DNA of 64,000 bases from an uncultured Rhizobium sp. (GCA_964628235.1 CAZVLU010000015.1:150-64149); one strand, 5' to 3'; shown: positions 16,605 through 27,881, counted from the stretch's first letter. Notes: a model not told the origin generated them from the sequence alone. Numbers and translations: made by a program.

Positions 16605-18797
16605 ATGCCTGACGACCGCCGCAAGAGCCTGAGCCGGCACGACAGCCGCCTCGGCCTTGTCTCTCACAGCGTCATCGCCGCGTTCGGCCTTGCCGCCATC
16701 GCCGCCCATGCCCCGGCATATGCCGAAGACGCCGATCCCGCCATCCAAACGGCCCAGCAGCAGAGCGAGCCGGTCACCCTGCCGCCGGTGAGCGCCGAAG
16801 GCCGCCCTGCCGAGGAAGAGTTCAGGCGCGACAGCGCCACGGGCAGCAAGTTCACAGAACCGCTCCTCAACACGCCGCGCTCGGTGCAGGTCATCCCTGA
16901 AGCCGTCATCAAAGAGCAAGGCTTCACTGAACTGCGCGACGTCCTGCGCACCACCCCGGGCATCTCGCTCGGCGCGGCGGAAGGCGGCAACCCGCCGGGC
17001 GACCGCATGTTCATCCGCGGCTTCGAAGCGCGCAGCGACGTATTCATCGACGGCCTCCGCGACGTCTCCTCGGGCCTCTATCGGGAAACCTTCAACTTCG
17101 AGCAAGTCGAGATCAACAAGGGCCCGAGTTCGGCTTACTCGGGCCGTGGCGGCACCGGCGGCTCGATCAACTTGATCAGCAAGCTGCCGAAATCGGAAGA
17201 TTTCAACACCGCATCCTTCCAAGTCGGCACCGACGCGACGATGCGTGCGACGCTCGACAGCAATATGCTGCTGAGCGACAGCATGGCTTTCCGCATCAAT
17301 GTGGTAGGCCATGACTCGGAAGTCGCCGACCGCGATCACCTCTACAGCAAGCGTTACGGTTTCGCGCCGTCTCTGGCGCTCGGCCTCGGCACGCCGACGC
17401 GCGCGACCCTGCAATATTACCACCTCGACACCGAGGGCATCCCCGATTACGGCCATCCCGTGCAGGCCGCCACCGGCGAGCCGATCGCCGTCGATCGCTC
17501 CGTCTTCTACGGTCAAGTCAAACGCGACTACAACGACACGCAGACCGACACCGGCACCGTGAAGATCGAGCATGATCTCAACGAATACATGAAGCTGAGC
17601 AACTCGACGCGGTTCGGCGTCAACATCAACGACTTCGTCCGCACCGTGCCCAGCGCGCAGGCAAACGGCACCGTCAACACCAATGCCGGCAGCCGCCGCC
17701 AGGAAGTCGAAAGCTTCGTCAACCAGACCGATCTCACAACGGACTTCAGAACCGGCGACATCGACCATACGCTGGTGACGGGCCTCGAATATTCCCGCGA
17801 GAACATCAACTACGCCAGCTACACGATCACCAACGCGGCGGTGAACGGCCAGAACGCCCATGACCCGAACAATTACGCCTGGAACGGCAGCATCTCAGGT
17901 CCCGGCGCCTATACGAACACCCTGGTCAACGACATCGCCTTTTATGTGTTCGACACGATCAAGCTGTCGCCGCAATGGGAATTGAACGGCGGCTTGCGTT
18001 TCGAGCATTTCGAGATCCAGCGCGGCCGTCTGCAGAGCAGCTCCGACTTCATTAATGTGCAGTCGGGCGTGGTTTATAAGCCGCAAAGCAACGGCAGCAT
18101 CTACCTCACCTATTCATCGTCGTCCAACCCGTCGGGCGAGTACGTCGACGGCTCCAACAACACCTACGGCGGCCTCGACGCCAACAACGTCAACACCGAC
18201 CCGGAGCACAACGACCTCTACGAACTCGGCACCAAGTGGGACCTCTTCGCCGGTCGCTTGAGCCTGACCGGCGCAGTGTTCCAAATCGACAAGACCAACA
18301 TGCGCATCGTCGAGCCCGGCGCGACGACGTTGGTGCTCGAAGGCGCGCAACGCGTGCGCGGCGTCGAAATCGGCGCGCAAGGCAGCGTCACCCCGGAATG
18401 GCGCGTCTATGCCAACTATACCCGCCTGAACAGCGATATCATCGATGCAGCCTCGACCGCCGCCGGCCAGGCCACCATCGGCAAGGATATGCCGTTCGTC
18501 GCGCGCGACAGCTTCAACATCTTCACGACCTACGACGTGACGCGCGACTTCACCGTCGGCATCGGCGCCACCTTCCGCGACCAGATGTACGCCAACGCGG
18601 CCAACAGCCGCTGGATCGACGACTACTGGCGCTTCGACGCCATGGCGAGCTATCAACTCACCGAGACCGTCGGTCTCCGTCTCAACATTCAGAATCTGAC
18701 GGATCAGACCTACTACGACAATATCTACCTAAGCGGCGGTTACGCCGGCATCGCGCCGGGCCGCGTCGCCTGGTTGACCACCGATGTGAAGTTCTAG
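16605..18797 (+). CDS. TonB-dependent outer-membrane receptor (heme/siderophore type, downstream of hemP)
   Basis: Signal peptide, plug-domain motifs, and C-terminal beta-barrel ending in aromatic F (TTDVKF). GGAGG Shine-Dalgarno before the ATG at 16605. Confidence 0.9.
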   Translation: MPDDRRKSLSRHDSRLGLVSHSVIAAFGLAAIAAHAPAYAEDADPAIQTAQQQSEPVTLPPVSAEGRPAEEEFRRDSATGSKFTEPLLNTPRSVQVIPEAVIKEQGFTELRDVLRTTPGISLGAAEGGNPPGDRMFIRGFEARSDVFIDGLRDVSSGLYRETFNFEQVEINKGPSSAYSGRGGTGGSINLISKLPKSEDFNTASFQVGTDATMRATLDSNMLLSDSMAFRINVVGHDSEVADRDHLYSKRYGFAPSLALGLGTPTRATLQYYHLDTEGIPDYGHPVQAATGEPIAVDRSVFYGQVKRDYNDTQTDTGTVKIEHDLNEYMKLSNSTRFGVNINDFVRTVPSAQANGTVNTNAGSRRQEVESFVNQTDLTTDFRTGDIDHTLVTGLEYSRENINYASYTITNAAVNGQNAHDPNNYAWNGSISGPGAYTNTLVNDIAFYVFDTIKLSPQWELNGGLRFEHFEIQRGRLQSSSDFINVQSGVVYKPQSNGSIYLTYSSSSNPSGEYVDGSNNTYGGLDANNVNTDPEHNDLYELGTKWDLFAGRLSLTGAVFQIDKTNMRIVEPGATTLVLEGAQRVRGVEIGAQGSVTPEWRVYANYTRLNSDIIDAASTAAGQATIGKDMPFVARDSFNIFTTYDVTRDFTVGIGATFRDQMYANAANSRWIDDYWRFDAMASYQLTETVGLRLNIQNLTDQTYYDNIYLSGGYAGIAPGRVAWLTTDVKF

Positions 18798-18884
18798 TCG
18801 AGCCTTTGGTCGCCGTGAGGCCGTCCGCGCCGTCATGACCGGCGCGGATAGGCTGACTTCTCATGTTTATAAAAAGCGCGCACC

Positions 18885-19562
18885 ATGCTGACCCAAATCC
18901 CGGACGTCCTGACCAAAGAGCAAGTCGCCGAATGCCGCAAGGCTCTGGCCCGCGCCGAATGGGGCGATGGCCGCATGACGGCTGGCTATCAGTCGGCCAA
19001 AGCCAAACAGAATCTACAGCTCCCAGAAAGCTCGCCGGTCGCCCGCCAGCTTGGCGAGATGGTCCTCAAGACATTGTCGCGCGTGCCGCTGTTCATGTCG
19101 ACCGCCTTGCCCGCCAAAGTCTTCCCGCCCCTGTTCAACCGCTACGAAGGCGGCCACGCCTTCGGCAACCATGCCGACAACGCCATCCGCTACATGCCGA
19201 ACGGCGAAGCGCTGCGCACCGACGCCTCGATGACGCTCTTTCTCAGCGAGCCTGACGAATATGACGGCGGCGAACTCGTCATCGACGACACCTACGGGCC
19301 GCGCAGCGTCAAGCTGCCAGCCGGCCATATGGTCGTCTATCCCGGCACCAGCCTGCATAGGGTGATGCCGGTTTCGCGCGGCGCGCGCTTCGCCGCCTTC
19401 TTCTGGTGCCAGAGCATGGTGCGCGACGATGCCAAGCGCACCCTGCTGTTCGATCTCGACAGCTCGATCCAGCGCCTAACCAAGGATATGCCGGACCATC
19501 CGAGCCTCGTTCAGCTCATGGCCGTCTATCACAACCTGCTGCGGCAGTGGGCTGAGGTCTAG
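18885..19562 (+). CDS. piuC: PKHD-type Fe(II)/2-oxoglutarate-dependent hydroxylase (PiuC/YbiX family)
   Basis: 225 aa with the HxD...H motif (GNHADN ... H) typical of YbiX/PiuC. Classic position downstream of a TonB-dependent receptor. Confidence 0.8.
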   Translation: MLTQIPDVLTKEQVAECRKALARAEWGDGRMTAGYQSAKAKQNLQLPESSPVARQLGEMVLKTLSRVPLFMSTALPAKVFPPLFNRYEGGHAFGNHADNAIRYMPNGEALRTDASMTLFLSEPDEYDGGELVIDDTYGPRSVKLPAGHMVVYPGTSLHRVMPVSRGARFAAFFWCQSMVRDDAKRTLLFDLDSSIQRLTKDMPDHPSLVQLMAVYHNLLRQWAEV

Positions 19563-19571
19563 GATCTCCGC

Positions 19572-20336
19572 TTAGCGCACGATGAATTCGATCGGCACGG
19601 TAAAGCTATATTGCGGCCCGGCGATTTCTGCGGGCAGCGCCGGCATCGGATCGATGCGCTTCATAAGCGCCGGTATCTCCTTGTCGAAGATGGCGACGCC
19701 GGTCGGCTTGGCGAGCGCATAGCGCATCAGATTGCCCTGGCGGTCGATGGTGATGTCGACCATGGCGACGACATATTGCGCGCGCCGATAGGTCGCGCGC
19801 GGCAAATGATGTTGGCGCTTGATGTGCGAGCGCAGCAGGTCGATGTATTCCGGCGGCGGGCCGGCGCGGCCGGCGGGCGCTGCGAGCGCGAGCTGCTGGG
19901 CCGGCGGCGCAGGCAAGGTCGGCGCTGGCGGCGCAACGATGTCACTCGGCGGCGCGGTCGAGGGCGTCGGCATCGCATCGGGCGGCGGAATCTTGACCGG
20001 CGTCGGCTTGGGATCTGGCTTACGCCGAACCTTGGGCGGCGGCGGCGCAGGCGGCGCGGCCTCGGCGATGCTATCGATCATCGGCGGCGGCTCCTCGACC
20101 ACCTCCGGCAACGGTGGCGGCGGAGGCGGCGGCGAAGGCGCGGTGTTGACGACGTCGGGCGCGACCGTCGGCATCAGCATCACCTCGATGGCGAGCGACG
20201 GCGTCTCGGCATCCGCCGGCAAGGACGGCGCCGGTTTCGAGAATTGGATCAGAAACCCCACCACCACGGCGGCATGCAGACAGACAGAGGCCGGCGTCGC
20301 CCAGTTTTTCCGGATCGATTGCCGCCAAGCCGCCAC
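19572..20336 (-). CDS. tonB: Energy transducer TonB
   Basis: N-terminal TM anchor, long proline-rich spacer (PPPPPPP, PKPTPVKIPPP), and C-terminal TonB domain. GTG start. Confidence 0.8.
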   Translation of the reverse strand: MAAWRQSIRKNWATPASVCLHAAVVVGFLIQFSKPAPSLPADAETPSLAIEVMLMPTVAPDVVNTAPSPPPPPPPLPEVVEEPPPMIDSIAEAAPPAPPPPKVRRKPDPKPTPVKIPPPDAMPTPSTAPPSDIVAPPAPTLPAPPAQQLALAAPAGRAGPPPEYIDLLRSHIKRQHHLPRATYRRAQYVVAMVDITIDRQGNLMRYALAKPTGVAIFDKEIPALMKRIDPMPALPAEIAGPQYSFTVPIEFIVR

Positions 20337-20339
20337 GCT

Positions 20340-20842
<503 letters not shown>

Positions 20843-20843
<1 letters not shown>

Positions 20844-21556
20844 CAGTGCGCCTCGCGCAGACCAGAGGCGTGGCTATTCGACACGTGCGGCGCGCAACCG
20901 CGCGCCATGCGGTCGCCGAGCGTGCCGATGCAGACATTCAGACGATGGGCGATGGCGGACAAGCTGCCGGATAATTTGTTGTAAGACATGACGGCTGGAA
21001 TGGCGGCGACGAGGCCGATGGCCGTGGCAAACAATGCTTCGGCGATGCCGGGCGCAACCACGGCGAGGCTGGTGTCCTTGCTCGCGGCGATGGCGGTAAA
21101 GCTGTTCATGATGCCCCACACTGTGCCGAATAGGCCGATGAAGGGCGCGGTGGAGCCGATCGTGGCGAGCAGCGTGAGGCCCTTCTCCAGGCGCTTCAGC
21201 TCGTCGATCATCGCCGTGCGCATGGCGCGCTCGATGCGGGTGCGCCGCTCGAAGCGGCTTTCGCTGGCATCTTCATCGCGCCAGGCGCGCGTGCCTGCAG
21301 AGAGAATGTCGCCGATGATGCCGTCGTCGTCGTGACCGCCAAGGATGACGCCGTCGCCTTGCAGCGACTTGGCCAAGGTATCGGCGGCGCGGCGCGCGCG
21401 CGCATAGCGCAGCGCCTTGTCGAGAATGACCGCCCAACAGGCGATCGACGCGAGCACGAGGAACAGCATGACCGATTTGACGATGATGTCGGCCTGCAGG
21501 AACAGGCCCACCATCGAATGATCGGCCGGCGTCAAAGCCAAATCCATCACGCGCAT
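20843..21556 (-). CDS. exbB: Biopolymer transport protein ExbB (MotA/TolQ/ExbB proton channel)
   Basis: Three TM segments and a conserved C-terminal MotA/TolQ/ExbB region. Stop overlaps the exbD start. Confidence 0.9.
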
Positions 21557-21700
21557 TCCTCGACTGGCGGTGGCCCCTCTCGGACCGACCGATGCTCATC
21601 TCCGACAGGGCCATAGACGCCGCTGGCGGCTCTAAAACTTGGCCAAGACCCTTTCCCCGACCGCAAAACTGCTGCCGACGTCTTGGGTTTGAGTAAGCCT

Positions 21701-21719
21701 ATTGCGACCTAGTCGCAAT
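21701..21719. promoter_or_regulatory. Perfect 8-3-8 palindrome ATTGCGAC-CTA-GTCGCAAT upstream of exbB-exbD-tonB (candidate operator)
   Basis: Read from the sequence. About 145 nt upstream of the exbB start. Not followed by a U-tract, so an operator is more likely than a terminator. Confidence 0.3.
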
Positions 21720-21787
21720 TTCATTTGGGAGATTTCTACTAGAGCGGAATCCGCTGGCATGGCCGGCCCGACACTGGACGGACGCCT

Positions 21788-22954
21788 CTAGGGAGCCGGC
21801 ACGACCTCGAAGTTATGCAGCACCACGCGGCAACGGGGCCCGCCGGTCTGTTTTTCGCAACCGGCGACGCTGTCCTTGGCCGCTTGCTCGGGCGTCGCGC
21901 GGCCGAAGGCGATAAAGCCCTGCTGACCTGAAGCCGACAGCGCCATCGCCTTTTCCGCCGGACGAGACCGATAGAGGTTGTTGTAGTAAGCCGCCGCCTG
22001 GGGGTTGAGTAGCTTGGTGACCGCGGCGTCGAGCGGCAAGGGATCGTAGGTCGGCAAATCGCGCCGCCGCAGAAATGCGTCGAGCGTCGGGATCCACTGC
22101 TGCATGCCGTCTTGCAGACTATAAAGATTATGCCCGTCGCCCTTGAGCGGCGGAAAGAGATAGAAATCGCTCAAGCCCCCGGCGGCGACATAGGCCGCCT
22201 GCAAGCCGCGCACATAGTCGGCGGGAAAGAACGAGTCGTTCTCGGCATAGAGCCAGAGGGTCGGCACGCGGCTCGTCTTGCCATAGCCGGCCAGGACCGG
22301 CGGCAGATGCTCGGGCCAGCAGCTTGCCGACTGGTCGGCTCCTGGCGCCGGAAAGGACAGCGCGCCGCCCGACATGTTGACCACGGCGCGCAAACCCTGC
22401 GGCGCGCGCGCGGCGAGTCCCAGCATCACCGCGCCGCCGACTGAGGTGCCGAAGCCGATGACGCGGTTGGCGTCGGCGTCGGACCGCCGCGCGATGGCCT
22501 CGAGCGCCGCCGCCATATCGTCGATCTGCGGTTTGAAGGTCGCGCCGTAATCGCCCCTACGGCAGGCTTGCAGCGCATAGGGCGACGGGCCGGTCGATTT
22601 GCCGAAGCCGCGCCGCGCCACCACCACCGACAGCCAGCCGCGCCGCGCGAACTCGCGCGCGACAAAGATATAGCTCGCTGGATCGACCTTCAGGCGTTCG
22701 GCCGCGGCGTTGGATTGGCCATGGGTGATGAGCGCGACCGGCAAACGGCCAGTTCGCGTCGCTTCCTTGACGATCATCGCCTGCAGGCGGAAGGGCTTGC
22801 CGTCGATCTCGACGGAGAGAAAGCTGTTCTCGATCGCCAGGGGCGACGGCGCCGCGCCCGCCGCGACCGGCAGGCCCAGCGTAAAAAACGCGACAAGCAA
22901 AAAGCTGAAACTGCGCAACGGACATCCTCCGACGGGTGCCGGAGTGTGCCGCAA
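21788..22954 (-). CDS. Secreted alpha/beta hydrolase (dienelactone-hydrolase-like) with C-terminal DUF4189-like Cys-containing domain
   Basis: Signal peptide. GxSxG-like GTSVGG nucleophile elbow. C-terminal segment ...VAGCEKQTGGPRCRVV. Confidence 0.6.
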   Translation of the reverse strand: MRHTPAPVGGCPLRSFSFLLVAFFTLGLPVAAGAAPSPLAIENSFLSVEIDGKPFRLQAMIVKEATRTGRLPVALITHGQSNAAAERLKVDPASYIFVAREFARRGWLSVVVARRGFGKSTGPSPYALQACRRGDYGATFKPQIDDMAAALEAIARRSDADANRVIGFGTSVGGAVMLGLAARAPQGLRAVVNMSGGALSFPAPGADQSASCWPEHLPPVLAGYGKTSRVPTLWLYAENDSFFPADYVRGLQAAYVAAGGLSDFYLFPPLKGDGHNLYSLQDGMQQWIPTLDAFLRRRDLPTYDPLPLDAAVTKLLNPQAAAYYNNLYRSRPAEKAMALSASGQQGFIAFGRATPEQAAKDSVAGCEKQTGGPRCRVVLHNFEVVPAP

Positions 22955-22981
22955 AACGGCGCTGATAAAAAGCCGCCTGAC

Positions 22982-23191
22982 CTAAGGGACGCGGTTCATA
23001 TTCTCAGGAACAATGACACCCTGAAGGCTGCGTCTCTCCAGCTCGGCCATCAGCGCCCTCTGCTGTTTGTGCGAGAGATCCTTCCAAGCCTTGATCTCAG
23101 GCACGGTCCGCAGGCAACCGCGGCATAGCCCGCTGATCTTGTCGATCTTGCAAACGTCGATGCAGGGGCTTTTCACTTTATGCTTGCTCAT
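22982..23191 (-). CDS. DUF1289-family small Cys-rich (putative Fe-S) protein
   Basis: 69 aa with SPCIDVCKID...GLCRGC, the characteristic DUF1289 pattern. Confidence 0.7.
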   Translation of the reverse strand: MSKHKVKSPCIDVCKIDKISGLCRGCLRTVPEIKAWKDLSHKQQRALMAELERRSLQGVIVPENMNRVP

Positions 23192-23211
23192 CCGCGCTCG
23201 GAAAAGGGAGG

Positions 23212-23288
23212 TGGTAGCGGAGGAGGGATTTGAACCCCCGACACGTGGATTATGATTCCACTGCTCTAACCAACTGAGCTACTCCGCC
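23212..23288 (-). tRNA. tRNA-Met (anticodon CAU; elongator type, could alternatively be tRNA-Ile2/lysidine)
   Basis: A 77-nt cloverleaf from the reverse complement: acceptor GGCGGAG/CTCCGCT, D-arm GCTCAGTTGGTTAGAGC, anticodon stem-loop GTGGA-ATCATAA-TCCAC, T-arm GGGGGTTCAAATCCCTC, encoded 3' CCA. The anticodon stem lacks the three G-C pairs of initiator tRNA. Confidence 0.85.
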
Positions 23289-23443
23289 CCAGGCTATGGC
23301 AAACGCGCCATATTCCTCATGTGCGACCGGCACTTGGCCGATTCCAGACCGCCAGGACCGAAGGCCCGGACGGCGCGGGGACAGAGGCGTATAAGTCCCC
23401 CCCTCCGAACTGTCAAGCAAGGCCGCTCCAAGCGGATTTTCTC

Positions 23444-24634
23444 TCAGATATCCGCCAGGTATTCGCGCGTGATGATGCCGCCGCCGAGCACCCGCGTGCC
23501 GTCATAAATGACGCAGGCTTGGCCGGGCGCCACGGCCTTCTCCGGCAGGTCGAGCACCACCTCGGCCGCGCCGTCTTTCAGGAACACGGTGGCCGGCGCC
23601 GGCGGGCGGGTCGAGCGGATGCGCACCTGCACGGCCAAACCTTCGGCGGGAACGTCCTCGGCCAACCAGTTGAGGTCGCGCAGCCGGATGCGCTTGCAGT
23701 CAAGCGCCGCTTCCGGGCCGACGATGACGCGGCGCGTCTCCGGCTCCAACCGCAGCACATAGAGCGGCTCGCCGCCGGTCGCCGCGTCGCCGATACCGAG
23801 CCTGCGGCGCTGGCCGACGGTGAAATGCAAGATGCCGTCATGGCGGCCGAGCACGCGGCCGTCAAGATGGACCACGTCTCCGGGTTCGCCCGCTTCCGGA
23901 CGCAGCTTCTGCACCACGGCGGCATAAGAGCCGTTCGGCACGAAACAGATGTCTTGGCTGTCGGGCTTGTCGGCGATGGCGAGGCCGTGGCTGGCGGCGA
24001 GCGCCCGCGTTTCGGCCTTGCTCGCCAGACCCCCGAGCGGGAAACGCAGCATTTCGAGCTGTTCGCGAGTCGTCGCATAGAGAAAATAGCTCTGATCGCG
24101 CGCCGGATCGGCAGCCATATGCAATTCCGCGCCGTTCGGCCCCTCGATGCGGCGGACATAATGGCCGGTCGCCAAAACGTCGGCGCCGAGATCGCGCGCG
24201 CCAGCCAACAGATCGCGGAACTTCACGGTCTTGTTGCAGGTGATGCAGGGGATCGGCGTCTCGCCGCGCAAATAGGCGTCGGCGAAGGGCTCCATCACCT
24301 GCTGGCGAAAACGCGTCTCGTAATCGAGCACATAATGCGGAATGTTCAGCCGCTCGGAGACGCGGCGCGCATCGAGGATATCGTCGCCAGCGCAGCAAGC
24401 GCCCTTCTTGGCCACCGCCGCACCGTGATCGTAAAGCTGCAAGGTGACGCCGATCGTCTCGTAGCCTTCGCCGGCGAGCATCGCTGCGACGGTCGAGGAG
24501 TCGACGCCGCCCGACATGGCGACGACGACGCGCGTGTCGGCCGGCGCCTTGGCGAAGCCCAGCGAGTTGCGGCTCCCGTTCAACTCATGGGGCTCACCAT
24601 GTCTGGCGGGGGCGATCTGCTGGGTAAGCGTCAT
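23444..24634 (-). CDS. mnmA: tRNA-specific 2-thiouridylase MnmA
   Basis: PP-loop ATPase motif [12 protein letters not shown] and conserved catalytic cysteines. 396 aa. Confidence 0.9.
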   Translation of the reverse strand: MTLTQQIAPARHGEPHELNGSRNSLGFAKAPADTRVVVAMSGGVDSSTVAAMLAGEGYETIGVTLQLYDHGAAVAKKGACCAGDDILDARRVSERLNIPHYVLDYETRFRQQVMEPFADAYLRGETPIPCITCNKTVKFRDLLAGARDLGADVLATGHYVRRIEGPNGAELHMAADPARDQSYFLYATTREQLEMLRFPLGGLASKAETRALAASHGLAIADKPDSQDICFVPNGSYAAVVQKLRPEAGEPGDVVHLDGRVLGRHDGILHFTVGQRRRLGIGDAATGGEPLYVLRLEPETRRVIVGPEAALDCKRIRLRDLNWLAEDVPAEGLAVQVRIRSTRPPAPATVFLKDGAAEVVLDLPEKAVAPGQACVIYDGTRVLGGGIITREYLADI

Positions 24635-24650
24635 GATATTTCCGCTCGGA

Positions 24651-24980
24651 TCACTTCATCATATTGCGCGTTTCGGACGGCAACGAGACCGTCAGGCCGT
24701 CCAATTCGTCGCTCATGATGATTTGGCAACCGAGGCGCGAGGTGCGCGTCAAGCCGAAGGCGAGATCGAGCATGTCCTCTTCGTCTTCCGTCGCTTCGCT
24801 CAAACGCTCGTAATCCTCGGTCGAAACGACGACATGGCAGGTCGAGCAGGCAAGCGACCCCTCGCAGGCGCCTTCGAGCGATATGTCGTTGGCGTGGGCG
24901 ATCTCCAGCACCGAGAGCCCGACGGGGGCATCCACCTCATGGCGGGTACCATTGGGCTCGACGAAGGTCATCTTGGGCAT
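24651..24980 (-). CDS. fdx: [2Fe-2S] ferredoxin, adrenodoxin/Fdx type
   Basis: [11 protein letters not shown]... with the Cys ligand pattern C-x5-C-x2-C...C ([12 protein letters not shown] ... LGCQI). Confidence 0.85.
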   Translation of the reverse strand: MPKMTFVEPNGTRHEVDAPVGLSVLEIAHANDISLEGACEGSLACSTCHVVVSTEDYERLSEATEDEEDMLDLAFGLTRTSRLGCQIIMSDELDGLTVSLPSETRNMMK

Positions 24981-25031
24981 CGGTGCTCTCTCGTTGCGAA
25001 TGTGATAATGGCTGGGCAAGCAACTGCGCGG

Positions 25032-26231
25032 TTATTCGGCCGCGTGAGAGGCCGCGCCGGCCGCCTGACGCAAATGGGTGACGGTGGAGACGATTTGGGC
25101 GATTGCAGTCTCAATCTCGGCCTCCGTGTTAAAGCGCCCGATGCCGAAACGCAAGGAGGCGCGCGACAGGTCATCCGGCAGGCCAATAGCGCGCATCACG
25201 TAGGACGGCTCGATCGAGGCCGTGCTGCAGGCGGAACCCGAAGAAACGGCCAAACCTTTGAGGCTGGCCATCAGAATCCCGGCATCGACGCCGCTGAAGC
25301 TGACGTTGAGATTGTTCGGCAGACGCGGCCCGTTCGGGCCCGGACCGTTGACATGGATGTCGCTCAAACCTGCCAACAGGCCGTCGCGCAGCCGGTCGCG
25401 CAAGCCTTGCAGGCGCGGCGCCTCGGCGGCCATCTTGTCGGCCGCGATGGCCGCCGCTTCGCCAAAGCCGACGCACAGCGCTGCCGGCAGAGTGCCCGAG
25501 CGCATGCCACGTTCCTGCCCGCCGCCATCGATCAACGGCTCGAGGCGGACGCGCGGCCGGCGGCGCACATAAAGCGCGCCGATTCCTTTGGGGCCATAAA
25601 CCTTGTGCGCCGAGATGCTCATGAGGTCGATATTCATCGCCTCGACGTCGAGCGGAATCTTGCCGAAGGCCTGGGCCGCATCGGTGTGGAACAGCACGCC
25701 GCGCGCACGGCAGAGCGCGCCGATTTCAGCGAGCGGCGCTAGCGTGCCGATCTCGTTGTTGGCGGCCATGATGGAAACAAGCAGCGTCTCGTCGGTCAGG
25801 GCCGCCTGCAATTCGTTCAAGTCGATGCGGCCGTCGCCGTCGACGCCGAGGAACGTGGCGCGAAAGCCTTGCCGCTCCAACCGGCGCACGCTCTCGAGCA
25901 CGCATTTATGCTCGGTCACGGCCGTGACGATATGGCGCTTGGCGCCGGCTTCCAGGCGATCTTGAAAATAACCGGCGCCCTTGATGGCCAAATTGTTCGA
26001 TTCGGTGGCGCCCGATGTGAAAACGATCTCGCGCGCCTCGGCGCCGATCACGCCGGCGATCCGCTCGCGGGCATATTCGACAGCCGCTTCCGCTTCGAAG
26101 CCATAGAGATGGTTTGTCGAATGAGGATTGCCGAACATTTCGTTCATGTAGGGCATCATCGCATCGCGTGCGCGCGGATCGAGCGGCGTCGTCGCGTGAT
26201 TATCAAGATAGATCGGGTGTCTCTGGCTCAT
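25032..26231 (-). CDS. Cysteine desulfurase, IscS/NifS group I
   Basis: PLP lysine motif SISAHKVYGPKG and active-site loop SSGSACSTASIEPSYV. 400 aa from the ATG at 26231 (the ORF extends upstream from a TTG). Confidence 0.9.
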   Translation of the reverse strand: MSQRHPIYLDNHATTPLDPRARDAMMPYMNEMFGNPHSTNHLYGFEAEAAVEYARERIAGVIGAEAREIVFTSGATESNNLAIKGAGYFQDRLEAGAKRHIVTAVTEHKCVLESVRRLERQGFRATFLGVDGDGRIDLNELQAALTDETLLVSIMAANNEIGTLAPLAEIGALCRARGVLFHTDAAQAFGKIPLDVEAMNIDLMSISAHKVYGPKGIGALYVRRRPRVRLEPLIDGGGQERGMRSGTLPAALCVGFGEAAAIAADKMAAEAPRLQGLRDRLRDGLLAGLSDIHVNGPGPNGPRLPNNLNVSFSGVDAGILMASLKGLAVSSGSACSTASIEPSYVMRAIGLPDDLSRASLRFGIGRFNTEAEIETAIAQIVSTVTHLRQAAGAASHAAE

Positions 26232-26253
26232 ATCGAATGTGTCTCGTTCATGA

Positions 26254-27387
26254 TTAGGCTGCCGTACCGCGGTTCGCATGAGCGACACGCGCATAGATGC
26301 CGCTCCAAGCAGCAAGGAAGCTCTCGACATCGCTCTCGATGCTGCGCCAGCCGAAACTGACGCGGATCGCCGTCGCGGCCTCGCCCTCGGAAACGCCCAT
26401 GGCGCGCAATACGTGCGACGCCGACACCTTGCCAGACGAACAAGCGGCGCCGGCGCTGACGGCGACGCCGGCAAGATCGAGCGCCATCACCTGAGTCTCG
26501 TTGGAAACGCCGGGCATGGTCAGGCAGGAGGTGTTGGCGAGGCGCGGAACCGATTTGGCGAAGATTCGAGCGTTGGGCGCGAGCGCGAGAACGCCCGCCT
26601 CCAACTTATCGCGCAATGCCGCCAATCGCGTCTGTTCGCTCATGCGCGCCATGGCTTCCGCCGTCGCCGCGCCGAACCCGGCGATGCCGGGCAAATTCTC
26701 CGTGCCGCCGCGCCGACGCCGCTCCTGTCCGCCGCCGACGATCAATGGCGTGACATCGACGCCGGGGCGCAACACCAGCGCGCCGACGCCCAAGGGTCCG
26801 CCAAGCTTGGCCGACGAAATGCTCATCATGTCGACGCCAAGCGCGCCCATGTCGCACGGCACGCGGCCGGCGGCCGCGATCGCATCGCAATGAACCAACG
26901 CGCCGCGCGCGCGGGCGAGCTTGGCGATGTCGGCAACCGGTTGTATCGCCCCGGTTTCATTGTTGGCGAGCATGACGGAGACCAGAACGTCCGACGCGTC
27001 AGCGCCGAGCCTTTTGTCGAGCGTCTCGACATCGACCACGCCGTTTTCATCGACTGGAATTTCATCGCAAATCGCCGCCCGCTGCGCCGGCGCCAAAACA
27101 GAGTCATGCTCGACCGCCGACAGCAAAATATGGCGGCGGCGGCCGCCGAGCAGCGCCAGGGCATTGGCCTCGCTGCCGCTCGACGTAAAGACGACGCCGG
27201 CTGTGGTCGCCCCGGTGGACACGGCGATCTGCGCGCGGGCGTCCTCGACGACGCGGCGGGCCAGGCGGCCGAAGCGATGCACCGACGACGCGTTTCCTGT
27301 CAACTCCAACGTCGCCACAACGGCGTCGCGCGCGGCGGGGCGTAGCGGCGATGCGGCATTGTCGTCGAGATAGACAGCGGATGGCAT
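26254..27387 (-). CDS. Cysteine desulfurase, NifS-like (second tandem copy)
   Basis: PLP motif MMSISSAKLGGPLG and active-site SAGAACSSG. 377 aa from the ATG at 27387. Confidence 0.85.
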   Translation of the reverse strand: MPSAVYLDDNAASPLRPAARDAVVATLELTGNASSVHRFGRLARRVVEDARAQIAVSTGATTAGVVFTSSGSEANALALLGGRRRHILLSAVEHDSVLAPAQRAAICDEIPVDENGVVDVETLDKRLGADASDVLVSVMLANNETGAIQPVADIAKLARARGALVHCDAIAAAGRVPCDMGALGVDMMSISSAKLGGPLGVGALVLRPGVDVTPLIVGGGQERRRRGGTENLPGIAGFGAATAEAMARMSEQTRLAALRDKLEAGVLALAPNARIFAKSVPRLANTSCLTMPGVSNETQVMALDLAGVAVSAGAACSSGKVSASHVLRAMGVSEGEAATAIRVSFGWRSIESDVESFLAAWSGIYARVAHANRGTAA

Positions 27388-27404
27388 GGGCCCGACCTTC
27401 CGCG

Positions 27405-27881
27405 CTATTCGGCGGCGGTCGCGTTGGTCGCGACCGTCGTCTTGCGCGTGATCGTGCAGGACGTTCCGAGCACGCGGCGTTCGCAAACATCGGCCAAAGA
27501 GATCGAACTCAGAAACAGATGAATATGGTTGCCGAGTTCTTCCCACAGATCGTGGGTGATGCAGCGGCCGTTAAGGCCGGTGCAGCCCTTGGGCGCGCCC
27601 GGCAAGCAGCGCGTGGCGCGGATCGGCTCGTCGACCGCCTGGATGATATCGGCGATTCGGGTATCTTCCATCGCCTGACACAGCAGATAGCCGCCGCCTG
27701 GGCCGCGCACGCTGCGCACCAAGCCGCACCTGCGCAACCGCGCGAACAACTGCTCAAGGTAAGACAACGAGATTTCCTGACGCGTGGCGATATCGGCGAG
27801 CGACACCGGCCGACCGGCGCTGTGCTTCGCCAGATCTGCCATCGCCATCACCGCATAGCGGCCCTTCGTGCTGAGTTTCAT
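27405..27881 (-). CDS. Rrf2-family transcriptional regulator, IscR-like (Fe-S cluster-ligating)
   Basis: N-terminal wHTH MKLSTKGRYAVMAMADLA. Three Cys plus His (C-x7-C-x6-C-x2-H) in the IscR ligand region. Confidence 0.85.
   Translation of the reverse strand: MKLSTKGRYAVMAMADLAKHSAGRPVSLADIATRQEISLSYLEQLFARLRRCGLVRSVRGPGGGYLLCQAMEDTRIADIIQAVDEPIRATRCLPGAPKGCTGLNGRCITHDLWEELGNHIHLFLSSISLADVCERRVLGTSCTITRKTTVATNATAAE

Noticed and set aside
23212-23288. Initiator tRNA-fMet
   Set aside because: The anticodon stem (GTGGA/TCCAC) lacks the three consecutive G-C pairs of initiator tRNA, and the acceptor end is G-U paired rather than C-A mismatched. Called elongator Met, possibly Ile2.
23192-23443. 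Genomic island or integrase at the tRNA-Met locus
   Set aside because: Flanking genes (DUF1289, mnmA) are core-like. There is no integrase, no direct repeat of the tRNA 3' end, and no compositional shift.
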